From positions 37,572,001-37,636,000 of the forward strand of contig NC_045138.2 of NCBI RefSeq assembly GCF_008831285.2: a stretch of 64,000 bases of DNA, in the 5' to 3' direction. The notes beneath the pieces are model-generated. The model was not told where the DNA came from. It was given only the letters and a program-made list of their open reading frames with translations, and searched no databases. Origin of the DNA: Nymphaea colorata (taxonomy: Eukaryota). Made by a program: the position numbers and the translations under genes. Below are positions 1-12,004 of the stretch, in pieces (within the stretch, counting starts at the first letter, position 1; every line of letters begins with the position of its first letter).

Positions 1-1316
1 AGCTGTCAAAATGGGTGGAAAGAAGGTACTAAGGGGTTTTAGGGAGGACTAATGGGAAGGTGACACCTTTAACGGCCTCTTTTTCTTTTTTTCGTTCTGG
101 GGCTGACGTGAAGAACGGCTGAACGGTCTTTCGTTTTGATCTAGCCAATCGAAAGTGGTAGCTTTTCACGCTAAGCATTTATATGAAGAGAAAACTCATC
201 ATCTCACTGCAACTACAAGAAAGAGCGAGAGAAAAAGAGAAGGATAGAGAGAGAGAGATGAAGAAAAAGAAGATGAGTGAGATAGGGATGGGGGAAGAGG
301 AAAGAGGGACTCGTCTCTCACCGCTACTTCCTTAATCTATTTCACAGAGAAAGAGAGAGAGAGAGACACACACACACACAAACACACACTATTACATATC
401 TATTCTATGTAAGTACTTTGTTTCAGTAGATGGATACAATAAGCCTGGAACGTTCATAAAGGCAGCCGCGTCTAGCGAGACCCAGAAATTGCTATCGGTA
501 TGGTACATGAATTAGGAAAACGAAAGATCTTAGAAGGGATGTATGTGCATAAAAATGCATACTGGAAATGAATTATACCATGCTTTGAGCATGATTTAGT
601 TAAAAACAGTTTGATTCAGTTACTTATATGAGATCATTGTGGTTGGTTTGTGTCAAATGTGGAGGACCAAAAGAAACTAAGGATGAAAAAGTAGGAAACT
701 GAAGAGGCATAAGATAGACAAGTGGTAGAAGAGTATACATTCTCCTTTTCTTTAAATATTTTTGAAACATCTAGAAGTACAATCTCGGTTCCTTCTCTTG
801 TTGAATAGAATTAAGTTTTTAACGCATAACACAAACAAATCTGCTAAAAATTGTCACTGGAAATTAGTTGGTTGCATCAAATTAAAGTAGAAATGGGAAA
901 AGGACTCTGGAACTGAGAATTTGATAAGATGAAAACACTAGTACGAGATGACCTTTTTTCTTTTGCATCCCTTCGTAAATGAAAACTTTAGTCGTTGAAA
1001 CTATGAGCAAACATTTATTTTTGGAAGCATGAAAGACAGAAGGAAGATTTTCAAAAAGATCGTTACAGGTGCAGTGATCTTGAGAGAAGAAACTGTCTTC
1101 TCTCCCCCAAATTATCAAATCCTGAAGAGGAAAAAATAATTGGCAGTTCAGAAAACACCATCATTCGGTGAAACAACGGAGGAAGAAGGTAAAGAAGATC
1201 TTCCTTCTCTTTTTTTTCTATATAATCTAGGAAAAAAGGAGAATAAATCTTGCATAGAGAAGATCATGAGAATCTCAGCGAGAAGCTGTAAGAGAGAGAG
1301 AGAGAGAGAAAGCAAC
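1..1316 (-). promoter_or_regulatory. 5' part of the large intron following the MADS exon (the regulatory intron of AG-family genes), with GA repeats
   Basis: Begins at the GT donor at 1316; no I/K-domain exon is visible before the window edge. (GA)n tracts at ~1291-1309, 344-365 and 225-260. The regulatory role of this intron is known for AG orthologues and is inferred here. Confidence 0.6.
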
Positions 1317-1498
1317 CTGTTGTTGGCATACTCATAGAGACGGCCGCGGCTGGAGAAGATGATGAGAGCCACCTCGGCGTCACAGAGCACAGACAGCTCG
1401 TACGCCTTCTTGAGCAACCCGCTTCGGCGCTTGCAGAAGGTGACCTGCCGGTTAGTCGTGTTCTCGATGCGCTTGATCTCAATCTTTCCTCTTCCCAT
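1317..1498 (-). CDS. AG: AGAMOUS-subfamily (C/D-class, AG/STK-like) MIKC MADS-box transcription factor, first coding (MADS) exon; the rest of the gene lies beyond the left edge
   Basis: ATG at 1498 reads [72 protein letters not shown] and [10 protein letters not shown] are AG-subfamily signatures. The exon is 182 nt and ends AACAG|GTTGCT (GT donor at 1316). C versus D lineage cannot be resolved from the MADS box alone. Confidence 0.93.
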
Positions 1499-2602
1499 CT
1501 TCTCCAAATTCCCTTTTCTTCTTTCCTTCCCTTTCTCTGTTTGGGAAATTTGGCCAAATGGGTAGCCGTTAGTTTTCTAGGAATCAGAATGGGCAAAAGA
1601 GAAATGTAAAAGGGAGATGGAAATGGTTGGGAGTGCTCATTTTTGGCTTACTTGCACAAATGAAAAGGGAGGAGAACAGTTAGTAGGAAGATTGACAGAT
1701 GAGAAACCAGTGGAGAGAGACAGAGGGAGAGAGAGAGATGTAACTTCTCTTCCTTCTCCGCATTTATTTCGTCTATATTTACTGTTATTATACTGTGACA
1801 GCTTCCATTTCTGTTTTCTAATTTTATTTACTTTGTGCCATTTTTGTGTTCTTCTTTTCAGGCTTTTGCTTCCCGACATTGTGTCTGTGGAGGCTTGGTG
1901 GGGTAGGAAAGGGACATCTTGGAAGGGAGTTCGCTTAATGAGTTGAAAATTGCATTTCCTGATATTAGTTTCTGCAAGGAGAGATCATGATCTGATTGGC
2001 TTCCTTCCATCTATGAAAAAAGAAAATACTTCTCAATTCTTTTCAGGAAAACCTTTTTCTTGTTTTCTTCTTCTTCTCAAAAAGCAATTATTTATTGGAC
2101 GTACTGCAACGATTGAGGAGGAAAATGGACTGCACAAAAGTTTAAGTTATTCTCTTCCTGTAAAAGAATGGATGCAAGAGAAGGGTAGCATTATTCTCTC
2201 TGATTTCTTTATCTGATGACAAAATCAAGTTCCGCCCTCCAAAGGAAAAAATAGTATGTTTGATTCCAACCATATTTTCTTCCTTTTCTTCCACTTTGAA
2301 ACCTTGAATGGAAAAAAGATTGTTCTACAGTAAATGCTTTAGGCAAAGGATGGCCTTAAATGAACAGATTTCTTCTGTTAGAGTACTAAAAATTGTTCCA
2401 TGCTTTTTAGAGGATGTTATGGGTCTGCTCTGCGGTGATTGTGACCTCCATGTGATACTGCGACTTTGCATTCTCCACAACCACCATTTTATGTGTAGTT
2501 GGAAAGGAGAGCTGCACTTGATGTGTTAGGAAGTGGTTCTGTCGCTTTCTTCATCATGGGGTGACCTAGCTATCAGTTTTCATTTTATCAGCCTCAAAAA
2601 AC

Positions 2603-2762
2603 CAGTAGGGGAGCGGAAAATGGACACTTGTTTATAAATACTCAAATTTGGTAGGCACTTATATATATATATAAAAGGATAAATATTTAAGATTTTCATT
2701 TAAAAATAAAAACTTTTAAGAGACTATTTGCCCACAACAGTTACAATGTGGTTACGCCATTG
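2603..2762. mobile_element. Degenerate non-autonomous hAT-type MITE
   Basis: Ends CAGTAGGGGAGC...GTTACGCCATTG form a degenerate CAGTGGCG-type TIR; 8-bp flanks caaaaaac/caaaaata. The 3' end resembles the element at 61005-61183. Confidence 0.5.
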
Positions 2763-3125
2763 CAAAAATATATATATTATAAAACTCTGTGTAAGTCATT
2801 CAACAATCTAATCATATCCATCCATTTAAAACAGATGAATGGTTAACTGAAAAACAAGTTTTCTTCTTATTTTTTTGTTTCTTCTTGTTTCTTTTCTTCC
2901 CAATCCATCATGTTTAATCCGTCGGCCTTAATTTAGATGGCAAGATAACTCTAAAAAACTAAAATCATTGGTAGTTTGTACTTATTGAAGTTTCTTTTAA
3001 TATGACTAGTTTTAAGTTATCCAATCCGCTTGATCAACTACCCCACGACAGTTTTCATAAATTCTTATATTTTGTGATTATTATACTTTACAATAAACAT
3101 ACAGATACAAAAACTCACACACACT

Positions 3126-3162
<37 letters not shown>

Positions 3163-4227
3163 TTTTCCTTTCTAAATTAGGGTTTACCTTTTTAACTTTT
3201 TCAAACAAAAAAAGAAATGTGCCGCCTTTTTGCTCTAGGGATGGCATCTATAAAATCTAGAACATCTAACGTTGAGATGGAATTGATACAGTTAACACTA
3301 TTCCAAGTTCCGATATTGTAGGGGCTATATATACAGTTGTTATGTGGTGGAAATTGTTAAAAATGAATGTCAATATAGTTACACCAGTCAAAATGACTAT
3401 ATATATATATATAGATATAAAATTACCATTTGTCAGTCACAATGTGTTGAAAATTTGTTGTGACTATTGAGCCAGTTGGTTTTTAATGTGGTGAGCAAAA
3501 ATGAGCTTCTGAGCAAGTTGTAAAGAACAAATAGTTACAACTTTTCTCGATATGCTACATTTGGTATCGTTCGCCGGTAGAAAAGCAAGCAACGTGTTTA
3601 CTTTGACTGTAAAAGACACAAAATCAAGAACGTATCAGAAACCATTTTCTCCTTTTGGGCGCTTTCCTTATGGGTGTTTGAAGCCACAACAGTTGCAACT
3701 CATTCCAGCAAAAGCATGCGTCGTAGTTTTCTCAAGAGAGGTGGTAGAGACCTTCGGGAACCCAAATTCAGTATGTCCATGGTAAAATGAAGGAAATGGG
3801 AGTAACTTAGTCATCTCCACATGCTCTAGTAAATGTTCAGTTTCCTTTCTTCTGCCTACTTTTTTTTTGTCATGCTTTCTTTCCTTTCTTCTTTCTCTTT
3901 CTCAACGCCAGTAGAAAAGATAGGGTGAAATAAACAAACAGGCTTCATGCTTCAAATTGATTTCATAAATAGCAGTTAAATAATATAAAAAAGTCTAAAT
4001 CTGAACTTTTCATGCAAGGTCATTCAATCCTTCCAACATACAATTTTCGCTTCTCTTTTTTTTTTTTTTTTCAAAATGTACAAGATCTTTTGACTTCCTA
4101 TCTGCCAATCTCATCTCATGATGAGTTATCGCATAACGAAAGGAACGTGATGACATATTGTGCGATGGAACCAACAAGTTCATTGAAGGAAAATAGAATT
4201 ACATGGATGAGTGGCACTAGCTGCTCC

Positions 4228-4490
4228 CTCAACATCCCACTATGACAAGTTTAATCATGTATGAAAAATTGAGAGAGATTTTGGAGCACCTAGCTTTTTT
4301 AGAACTACCATAGAAACTATTAGGAGACATGTTCTGATCCATCAAACCAAGAATCTGAGCCCATTATAGGAGTGGACTTAGTTGTTGTTGTGGCATCAGA
4401 GCCGGTTCAACACTTTGACTTGGGCTCCAATACGTGCAATCACATGTGCTTTAAAGGGATGGTGGATTGTAACACCTTACAATGAAAAGT
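4228..4490 (+). mobile_element. Degenerate TRIM/LTR-retrotransposon remnant
   Basis: PBS-like TGGCATCAGAGCC at 4391-4403 (iMet-tRNA PBS is TGGTATCAGAGC). About 50 bp later a purine tract AAAGGGATGGTGGAT is followed directly by TGTAACACC (LTR start). An upstream AACATCCCAC at 4231 resembles the 5' LTR start. Confidence 0.5.
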
Positions 4491-5846
4491 TTGTTATAAA
4501 AGATCTTCAAAAACTTATAAAAGAAGTTTGTTAATTAATTGATTGTTCTGGTTCCTATTCTTTTATTCTTTTTTGTGCTAAAATTAAGCGACAGTTTTCA
4601 GTCATAACCAGCAATATCATAAAATGAATATAGAACAACAAGGCAGAGTGCTGCACCTCTATATTCACTTTTACCATTTCATTTACCATTTAAATGGATA
4701 TGAGACACGAGTGCACATTAAGTAATGTTGAGAGGCAGACGAAGGTGTGGTCTCCATAGGGTGTATGCTCCACAAAGCTCACTCTTTAAAATGTTAAGTT
4801 AGTATTGAAACTTGGGTGAAGTTGTGTCCAGTTAAAATATAAAAAGGTCGTTCCATGATCTTGCTTAGTTACAACTTCAAGTTTACTCAATCAACAGACA
4901 ATTTCCTTTGGTATCAAGAATGGTTTGAACATCATTTTGAGAAGAATGGCAGTTAGCTAGCGTACTTGCCAATATTTCGAAAATAAATGAACCAATTAAT
5001 TGCATTCATTGAAGTTGTCATGGGCACACAACTAGATTATAAATGAATCATAGTTTCAAAATTTTAATAGAAGCTGAAATATATAATTTTTCAAAATTTT
5101 TATATATGAGTAAATGAAAAGTTTTTCATTAGAGAGGCCGCAACTGGTTATGCCTTTGTGTCTTAAGTGGTGAAACGTTATGCTTAGACTGAATAATACA
5201 CTACTGCTATCACTGATGCCGATGCATGTCACTTCATCAGGACCCTCGAATGAGGTACTTTTTAGATTGTTTAAGATGAATAATTTTTGACGTACAATCA
5301 CAAAATAGTCAGTTTTGAATAAATGGAGCACTCGAGAAAGATAGATTGAAAAATTTGTTGTTTCTGGAAATAAAAAAAAGCACCTAATGTTTCAGAATTG
5401 TTAATAACCCAACTAAGCTATTTCGTGGTTCCAAGAGTTTGACAATTTGTTGCCAAGTTTGCGTTGTGTGGACACTTTTTTCGGCTGTATATAAATAAGT
5501 ATAGCAACACAAAAACTAGCCATGGGTTTCATGATTGAATTAAAAAACAGAGTGGTTACCTGTTTTTACTACGAATAACAGACGAAGAGACGTCGCATCA
5601 AGAACCATTTGCTCAAAAAAAAAAAAAAAAAGTTAGCAGAATATATGTAGATGATCCTCAAATTATGCCTCTCTAAATATGTTTACTATGCATGCCTTTT
5701 AATGTTTTAACCTATTTATCACAAGTATAATCGTAGCGATGAAAATGTAGGAACGAAAACAATAAAAAAATTGGCGACAAGATTGGATTTGTGAGCCTAA
5801 AAAACCAAACTCATTAACTCTTTTTAACCTTAAAAATAATTAACTC

Positions 5847-5886
<40 letters not shown>

Positions 5887-6987
5887 CCGATTCAGGCCTG
5901 GCTGGAGAAGTTGTCGGGCCGGCTTCTAAGGCTCCGTTTTATAGCCCGGTTCGAATGCCAAAAGCATGTAGGATACGGGGCCAATCATCCACCCGAAGTA
6001 TCTTTTTCTGGTAATTTTTGTGATTGATTCTCTCAAAGGGTTCTAGTATTTAGAACTCCAAATCGAATCATTAATACAAGTCCATAAGTAGATAAAAAGA
6101 AATGTATTCAGTCTCCAGAGTTACACTTGATTTTGATTGAAATAGTATTCTCTATTAAATTTTATACATAAGAAGCCCACAAATGGATAAAAAAGAATGT
6201 CTTCATTTCAACGGGGTTAGGCCTGAGTTTGGAATCATTGAAAAGACTCATGGATGCTATAAGAAATAATCTTGCATAGTTTAGGAGAAAATCCACATCA
6301 ACTACAAGTTTATATCAATTGCTATTGTTGAAGAAAATAGCAAATTTGACTTCTTGTTATCGACCTGCAAATCCAAATCTCCCAGCATGTGTAATATATC
6401 TTGGTGGGCGTTGCCTCTCCAAGAAAGTTAAAAATCATTTTGGGCAATATATGCATATCAAATTGATGATTCTGATTTGACAATTAAGCAATTTATGACT
6501 ATAGAGAAGACCCTTACTTGTATACTATATTTTGAAACTTGTGTGAAATTTAGGACAAATCCAGATTTGGGCAATCATGCTGTTGCAGGTTTAAGTCTTT
6601 GGAAAATGTAAGAAGTGGGAAATTGCACTTGCCCTCTCACTGACTCTCGAGATTTCTTGTTTTCTACCTCCATTTTTTTTTTAATATTAACTGGATTTCA
6701 CCGCTGTGTTAGTATTACCTGCATGTGCTCATGCATGCATGTGGCTGTGTCTGTTTTCTTGGAACGTAAAAATGATTTAAATTTTTTCTAACTCAGTTTT
6801 CATTCTCTTTTTTATGATATTGTTCATTAATGTATATTCTTTTTGGTAGACAAAATTAGCACCACCATTACTCAATATTAGATTCTTTATGGTACTTTGA
6901 TGACGATGAATCTACCTTAAAAATTAGAACAAATTTATAAAACATTTTAACTAGTGTTCTTAGTTTTTGGAGCACATTTGCAGTATG

Positions 6988-7184
6988 CAGAGGCGGAGTT
7001 AGGATTTTTTTTTCAGGGACGGGCCAATGGTCAAATGAACTTATCTGGGTAGGGTCAAACTAAACATGTATCCAAAAAATACATTACGCAACTAAAATTT
7101 TTAAACTTTTTAATGTAATTTTTTTTTTTCAATTAGCTGGGGTAAGGCCACGGCCTAGCAGGCAACCCCTTCCCTCTGCCCCTG
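6988..7184. mobile_element. hAT-type MITE
   Basis: TIRs CAGAGGCGGAG / CTCTGCCCCTG; flanks gcagtatg / acaatatg (6/8 TSD). Related fragments at ~51020-51130 and ~52050-52195. Confidence 0.7.
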
Positions 7185-8149
7185 ACAATATGGTAATATG
7201 TTGTTGTTGCCGAACGACCTCTTAAATAACCCCTTCCATTTCTTCGACTCAATAACAATAACTAAACCAATGATTTTTGGAAGCACTAATACTTCAAATT
7301 TTAGACCTATTTGTGATGCTAATACAAATAAATGAAAAAATGGCTACAAGAAACTTGGAAGGGTTTGTATGGGTAATCGACCTTATGGAAATTACCTTAA
7401 AAGTGATTGAAATTTGAATAGTAAAAAATAAACGGTTCTTATAGCATCAAAATTTTGATAGTAAAACATTCAATTTATTTTACAAAGATAACTTAAATCA
7501 AAAGATTATTTACGTTGAATTACTGTTTATGAACATGTTAGAATGTTCACATTTTGTTTATAATACCTTTAATACAAGGTTAAGGGGTCTAGTCTTTGTT
7601 TCTTAATGGTCTACCATTTACCAACTATATGTATATATATATACACTCTGGTGGTACCAAGGGAATTTTTATGCGTCTAAATCGTTGTGAAAATTAAAAA
7701 TGCTAGATGGTCTCAAAATGTACATCACCATGAAGTTATTCTTAACTTTTACCAAATAATGCGACATTTACTTTTTCTTTTTTTTTTTCCCCTCCAAAAG
7801 TAACCTAAAGGGGCCATCGTCTACGGATGACCGCATGATCCGTTTTTAACGCTCTTTGTTACACGAAGGCCGGCCCCATTTTTAACTCTCTAGTGAGTAG
7901 TTTGGGACCATGCATGAAGAAGGTAGGGTGGTCCTCCCCTTACGCCTTACGCTGCAACAAATAGCTTATCATGAACAAAGAAACCTTCGTTTCTAGTTGA
8001 ATCTCCTCAACTTGGAGGCTTCCAAATTTGGGCCTCATACAATTGTCCAATTAAATTTGGATTTTTACATTTCACCATATTTTTGTAGATATATATACAT
8101 ATATATTTCATGTATATATATAAAGTGAATAAAATCTTCATATTCCTAT

Positions 8150-8990
8150 ATATGCTGTCGGGCAAAGCATGAAGTCTTTCTAGGGTTTGATGTTGTTGGG
8201 CAAGTGAAAAGGTTTGTCAAGCTCGCCTCTGAGATCTGCATTGCATGTAGCGGTGAACAATGAGTTAAACCTCGGCTCGTGAACGAGTTCGAGCAGACTC
8301 ATTTGCTTAACAAGTCGAACTCGAATTCATGAGTCAGCTCGTTCAAATAATCGAGTTGAGTTCAAGCTCAACACATAACTATCGAGTCACGCTCGAGCTT
8401 TAATTGAGTCGAGCTCAAGCCTAATACGTAACGATGAATAACAATTCTATTCAAACGAGTTTGTCAAGTATTAATCAAGTTGAAAATGAGCTCAGCAAGT
8501 AACGATGAATATCAATTCTATTCAAACGAGTTTGTCGAGCCTTACTCGAGTTGAGCACGAGCTCAACACATGAAGATGAATATCAATTCTGTTCAAACAA
8601 GTCTATCGAGTCTTAATCGAGTCGAGTTTGAGCTCAACAAGTAACTATCAAGTGGAGCTAGAGCTGCTTCCATGGAACTATTCTCGAGCTCAAGCCGAGT
8701 GGAGCTTGAGGTTTTATTAGTCAAACTGAGTTCAAACTAACTGAACTCAGGTTCGACCCGGTTCATGTTCACCCCTAACTGCCGGACAAGTTGAAAAGTC
8801 TTTCTCGCTCGTCTTAGATATTTATACTGCCGAGATGCGAAAAAGTCTCTCTAATTCTCCTCAGAGTTCCATACGACCAGGAAAGCTAAAAAGTCTCTCT
8901 AACTCCACTTAGAGTTCCATACGACCAGGCAAGTAAAAAAGTCTCTCTAAATCGCCTTAGAGTTTCATTACACCTGGCAAGCCAAAAAAA
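8150..8990. repeat. Degenerate ~48-49 bp tandem minisatellite (~6-7 units) interrupted by a MITE
   Basis: Units such as AAAAGTCTCTCTAA..C..TTAGAGTTCCATACGACCAGGCAAG at ~8841-8888, 8889-8935 and 8936-8983. More diverged copies at 8778-8840 and 8150-8247. Confidence 0.6.
8248..8777. mobile_element. hAT-like MITE rich in GAGCTCGAG/TCGAG subrepeats
   Basis: TIRs TAGCGGTGAACAATG / CATGTTCACCCCTA, with internal ~60-bp duplications. Clearly homologous to the copy at 62931-63243. Confidence 0.75.
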
Positions 8991-9289
8991 AGCCTTGGTT
9001 TTGTGCTGCCACTCAAGTGAAAAAGAATATGATCCAAAGGTGATGAACAAATTTTCCCTTAGTGGATTTTTTAAATTAAAAATTAAATTTCTGAACTAAG
9101 ATGTCAAAAAAAAAAAAAAAGGAGGGGAACACATTCTTGATGCAAAGGACCAAATTAACTGCGATCGAATTCGTTGGACCCACCCACGAAGCCGCGTGGT
9201 CCAATCTCTGGCGTGGACGCTTCCGACCCGATTTGACCGCCCCGACCACGTCCACGCTTTGACCCACTCCATAGCGACCAGCCCTGCAA

Positions 9290-9529
9290 TAGGGTAAGGA
9301 GTTCAGGATGGATTTTTAGGTCCAGACCCAATCTCAAAGCCCTTGCAATTTTTTCACGATTTTTGGATCCGGATATTGGGTAGATTGGTACAAACGAATG
9401 CATGAAAAGATCTATTCTGATCTCCTGTGTTGTGTCGTGACAAAAGATGGTCTTTCCTTCGTGCCGTGTCGTGATATACACAGATCCGTGGCGTCATTTT
9501 TGGATCGGATCCGACGTGTTCATCACCTA
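9290..9529. mobile_element. Probable degenerate hAT-like MITE (GGATCC/GGATCCG subrepeats)
   Basis: TAGGGT... / ...CATCACCTA ends and repeated GGATCC(G) motifs; TSD only 5/8. Confidence 0.35.
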
Positions 9530-11954
9530 CCATAAAATCAACATCGCTTCGTGATCTTTTCGAATAGGCAAGGTCTTCGCGGTCCCTTTCAGGCCGTTTC
9601 CGGTCGTTTTCCGACGAGGACTAGAGAATCGGTAGGCCCCAACACAAGAAAGAAGGCGCCTCTTTAATTTCTCTCTCTTAAACCCCTAATCCTAAAAGAT
9701 CTCTGGAAACGGACATCAATACTCGATCGTCTTCAAGTTTTCACTTTCTCTTCTTCTGAAGACTTGGAAGAAAAAAATATATATATACAGATCTTGGTTG
9801 TTGTTAATTACAATAGCAACTGCACGTATGATTGCTAATGGCGAAGCTGCTTGGAGATATGTGATAGATCTTCCTCGATTATTGCGCTTCCCTCAGTGCT
9901 CGCCAATTGACAGGAGAAGACACGCAAGACCAGCAAAAAAAAGAATTTGTCCGTGAGGTTGACGTATCGAATCCTAGTTATGCCAATAATTCTCTCACCA
10001 CTAAACTTCAACGTGACTCTTAGATGCCGTTTTTGCGAAGTTAAAATACCAAGGAATCTGTTAATATGTTAAGTCTGCTTAGTTTGATTAGGAAGATGCC
10101 TACAGTAGCAGAAAGCAAATGACAGTAATATTTACAACGATTAATATGCATAAGAAGAACACCATTGTTACCATGCGTATAGTTTTACTATTATCTCCTT
10201 TAACAAACATTTTTAGCAATTTCTCGTGTTGTTCGGAGATGTGTCTTGATCTTATTGCTTCTTTTGAGTGGATCTAATGGGCTTCGGTGTTAATCTAACG
10301 GCCGCTGCTATAATCTAAGGGGAGATTCCGAAGGCAGCAGCTAGCAGATCGTCGGCCATGGTTCAGGGCAAGGACGTAGTACAGTTGTCACGCCCTTCAT
10401 CCGCAGGTGGCTCAGAGGAAGAAGGAGTAAATCGTCGCAGGACTCGCAGTAGCGTGGTTGGTGAAGGGCGTGAAATGGCAGAGGGGGATCTTTTCAGTTT
10501 CTTTCACAAGAAAGGGCGGTTGTCAGCCATCCCCCACGACCCCTCTGCATGTGAAGACCAGGAAAATGAATGACGAAGCCGCAGAGCGTTCCCCTTTTCG
10601 GAAATCCTCGACTTCATAACTCGTTTCTTTGTACTGCCGCTTATCGAGAAAGTTGGTCGCCACAAAACTCATGGCTCTAAAATCTCACTGCTTTTACCAC
10701 GCAATTGACTTTTTCCTTTTGCTTTCTCTTTAATTTCTTTCCTTGTTACCACTCTTATCATCTCCTCTCTTTCTGATGTTCCACTGTCCTTTTTCTTTGG
10801 GTAGATATACGTGTTTGACGATCTAGCTCCAAGGAGCTAGCGCAAACAACAAAGATGATCAGGTGGTCTCGCCTTTCCGTTCCTTCAAATGAGCTGCTGT
10901 TCTTGCCCAGTTAAGGAGATCCTCCACTTCTGTCATGGCTGGCGACGTTATTGGTAAATTGAGTTCTTGGAGTAAGTGGATGGAGGTCAGAATTGATGCT
11001 GAAAGACAGAATTGATGCTGGTATATATGTTGAGGATAGTTTGATAGATTATTGGGAGATCAGAAGCACTTCCATGTATTCATAACAATGCTGATATGAG
11101 AAGACTGTGTGTCCATAAATATTGTTAACGAATTTAATTTCATCATGACACAATTTTACGTTCATATTTGCAGTTCGTTTCATGCACCTGGCTAGGTGCA
11201 TGGCTTAGTTTAAAATTCATATGAAAGCTGCATGCATTTCATTTTTTATTGTAAGATTAAAGCACACTCCGAAACAAGTTGCCTTCTCCTATTTGCGTGC
11301 CTGGAAGAACTAAATTAATGCATCTATTATCAAGAAAAACGAAAAATACCAATTTATAAGGTCGAAAAATAAAAGATGAAAAAAAAATGCTACCATTTGA
11401 AAAAACTCAAATGCCCTTCCACAGTGATGTGATCGCTTGTGAGAGGTGTTATATATATATATATATGTTATTGAAGTTTGGGCCCTTAAAACAGATAGAT
11501 CGTCTATTCATAATGAAATCAAGCTACACCAATGTGAAGGTGGTCTGCAAATAAAATGCTACCAAGTTTGGAAACAGAGCAACTGTCAATTCCGCCGGCT
11601 TCCTTAACGAAAGTGATATTGGGAATGGCGTGCCTATCTAAACTTCCTAGCAAGTCTCATTGCACGATCAAAATAACTGCACATTAATGTTCACAATCAA
11701 TATGATGTTGAAATGTAATTATTTTTGCCATATATACAAGGAGAGAGAGAGAGAGAAAGAGAGAGAATTCAATGCTGCCGTAGTGCTAGATGTTGCTGAC
11801 GATGACAATTTAAAACTTTGTCGTTGAATGACAATAACTAAATATTAACACAGTTTATGACGCAACGACACTTTAGTGATGAATTATTGTCTTTTAACTA
11901 CAATTTTTTTGGGATTTAACTATCAGCAACTGTCCAGCCCACACACAGCAGGTT

Positions 11955-12004
<50 letters not shown>

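Noticed and set aside
1148..1316. C-terminal part of ORF 1148-1507 after YANN
   Set aside because: Read-through into the intron past the GT donor at 1316; LSLSLSL comes from a (CT)n repeat.
8780..8990. CRISPR-like appearance of the periodic repeats
   Set aside because: Eukaryotic context, whole units are homologous with no unique spacers, and no cas genes are present.
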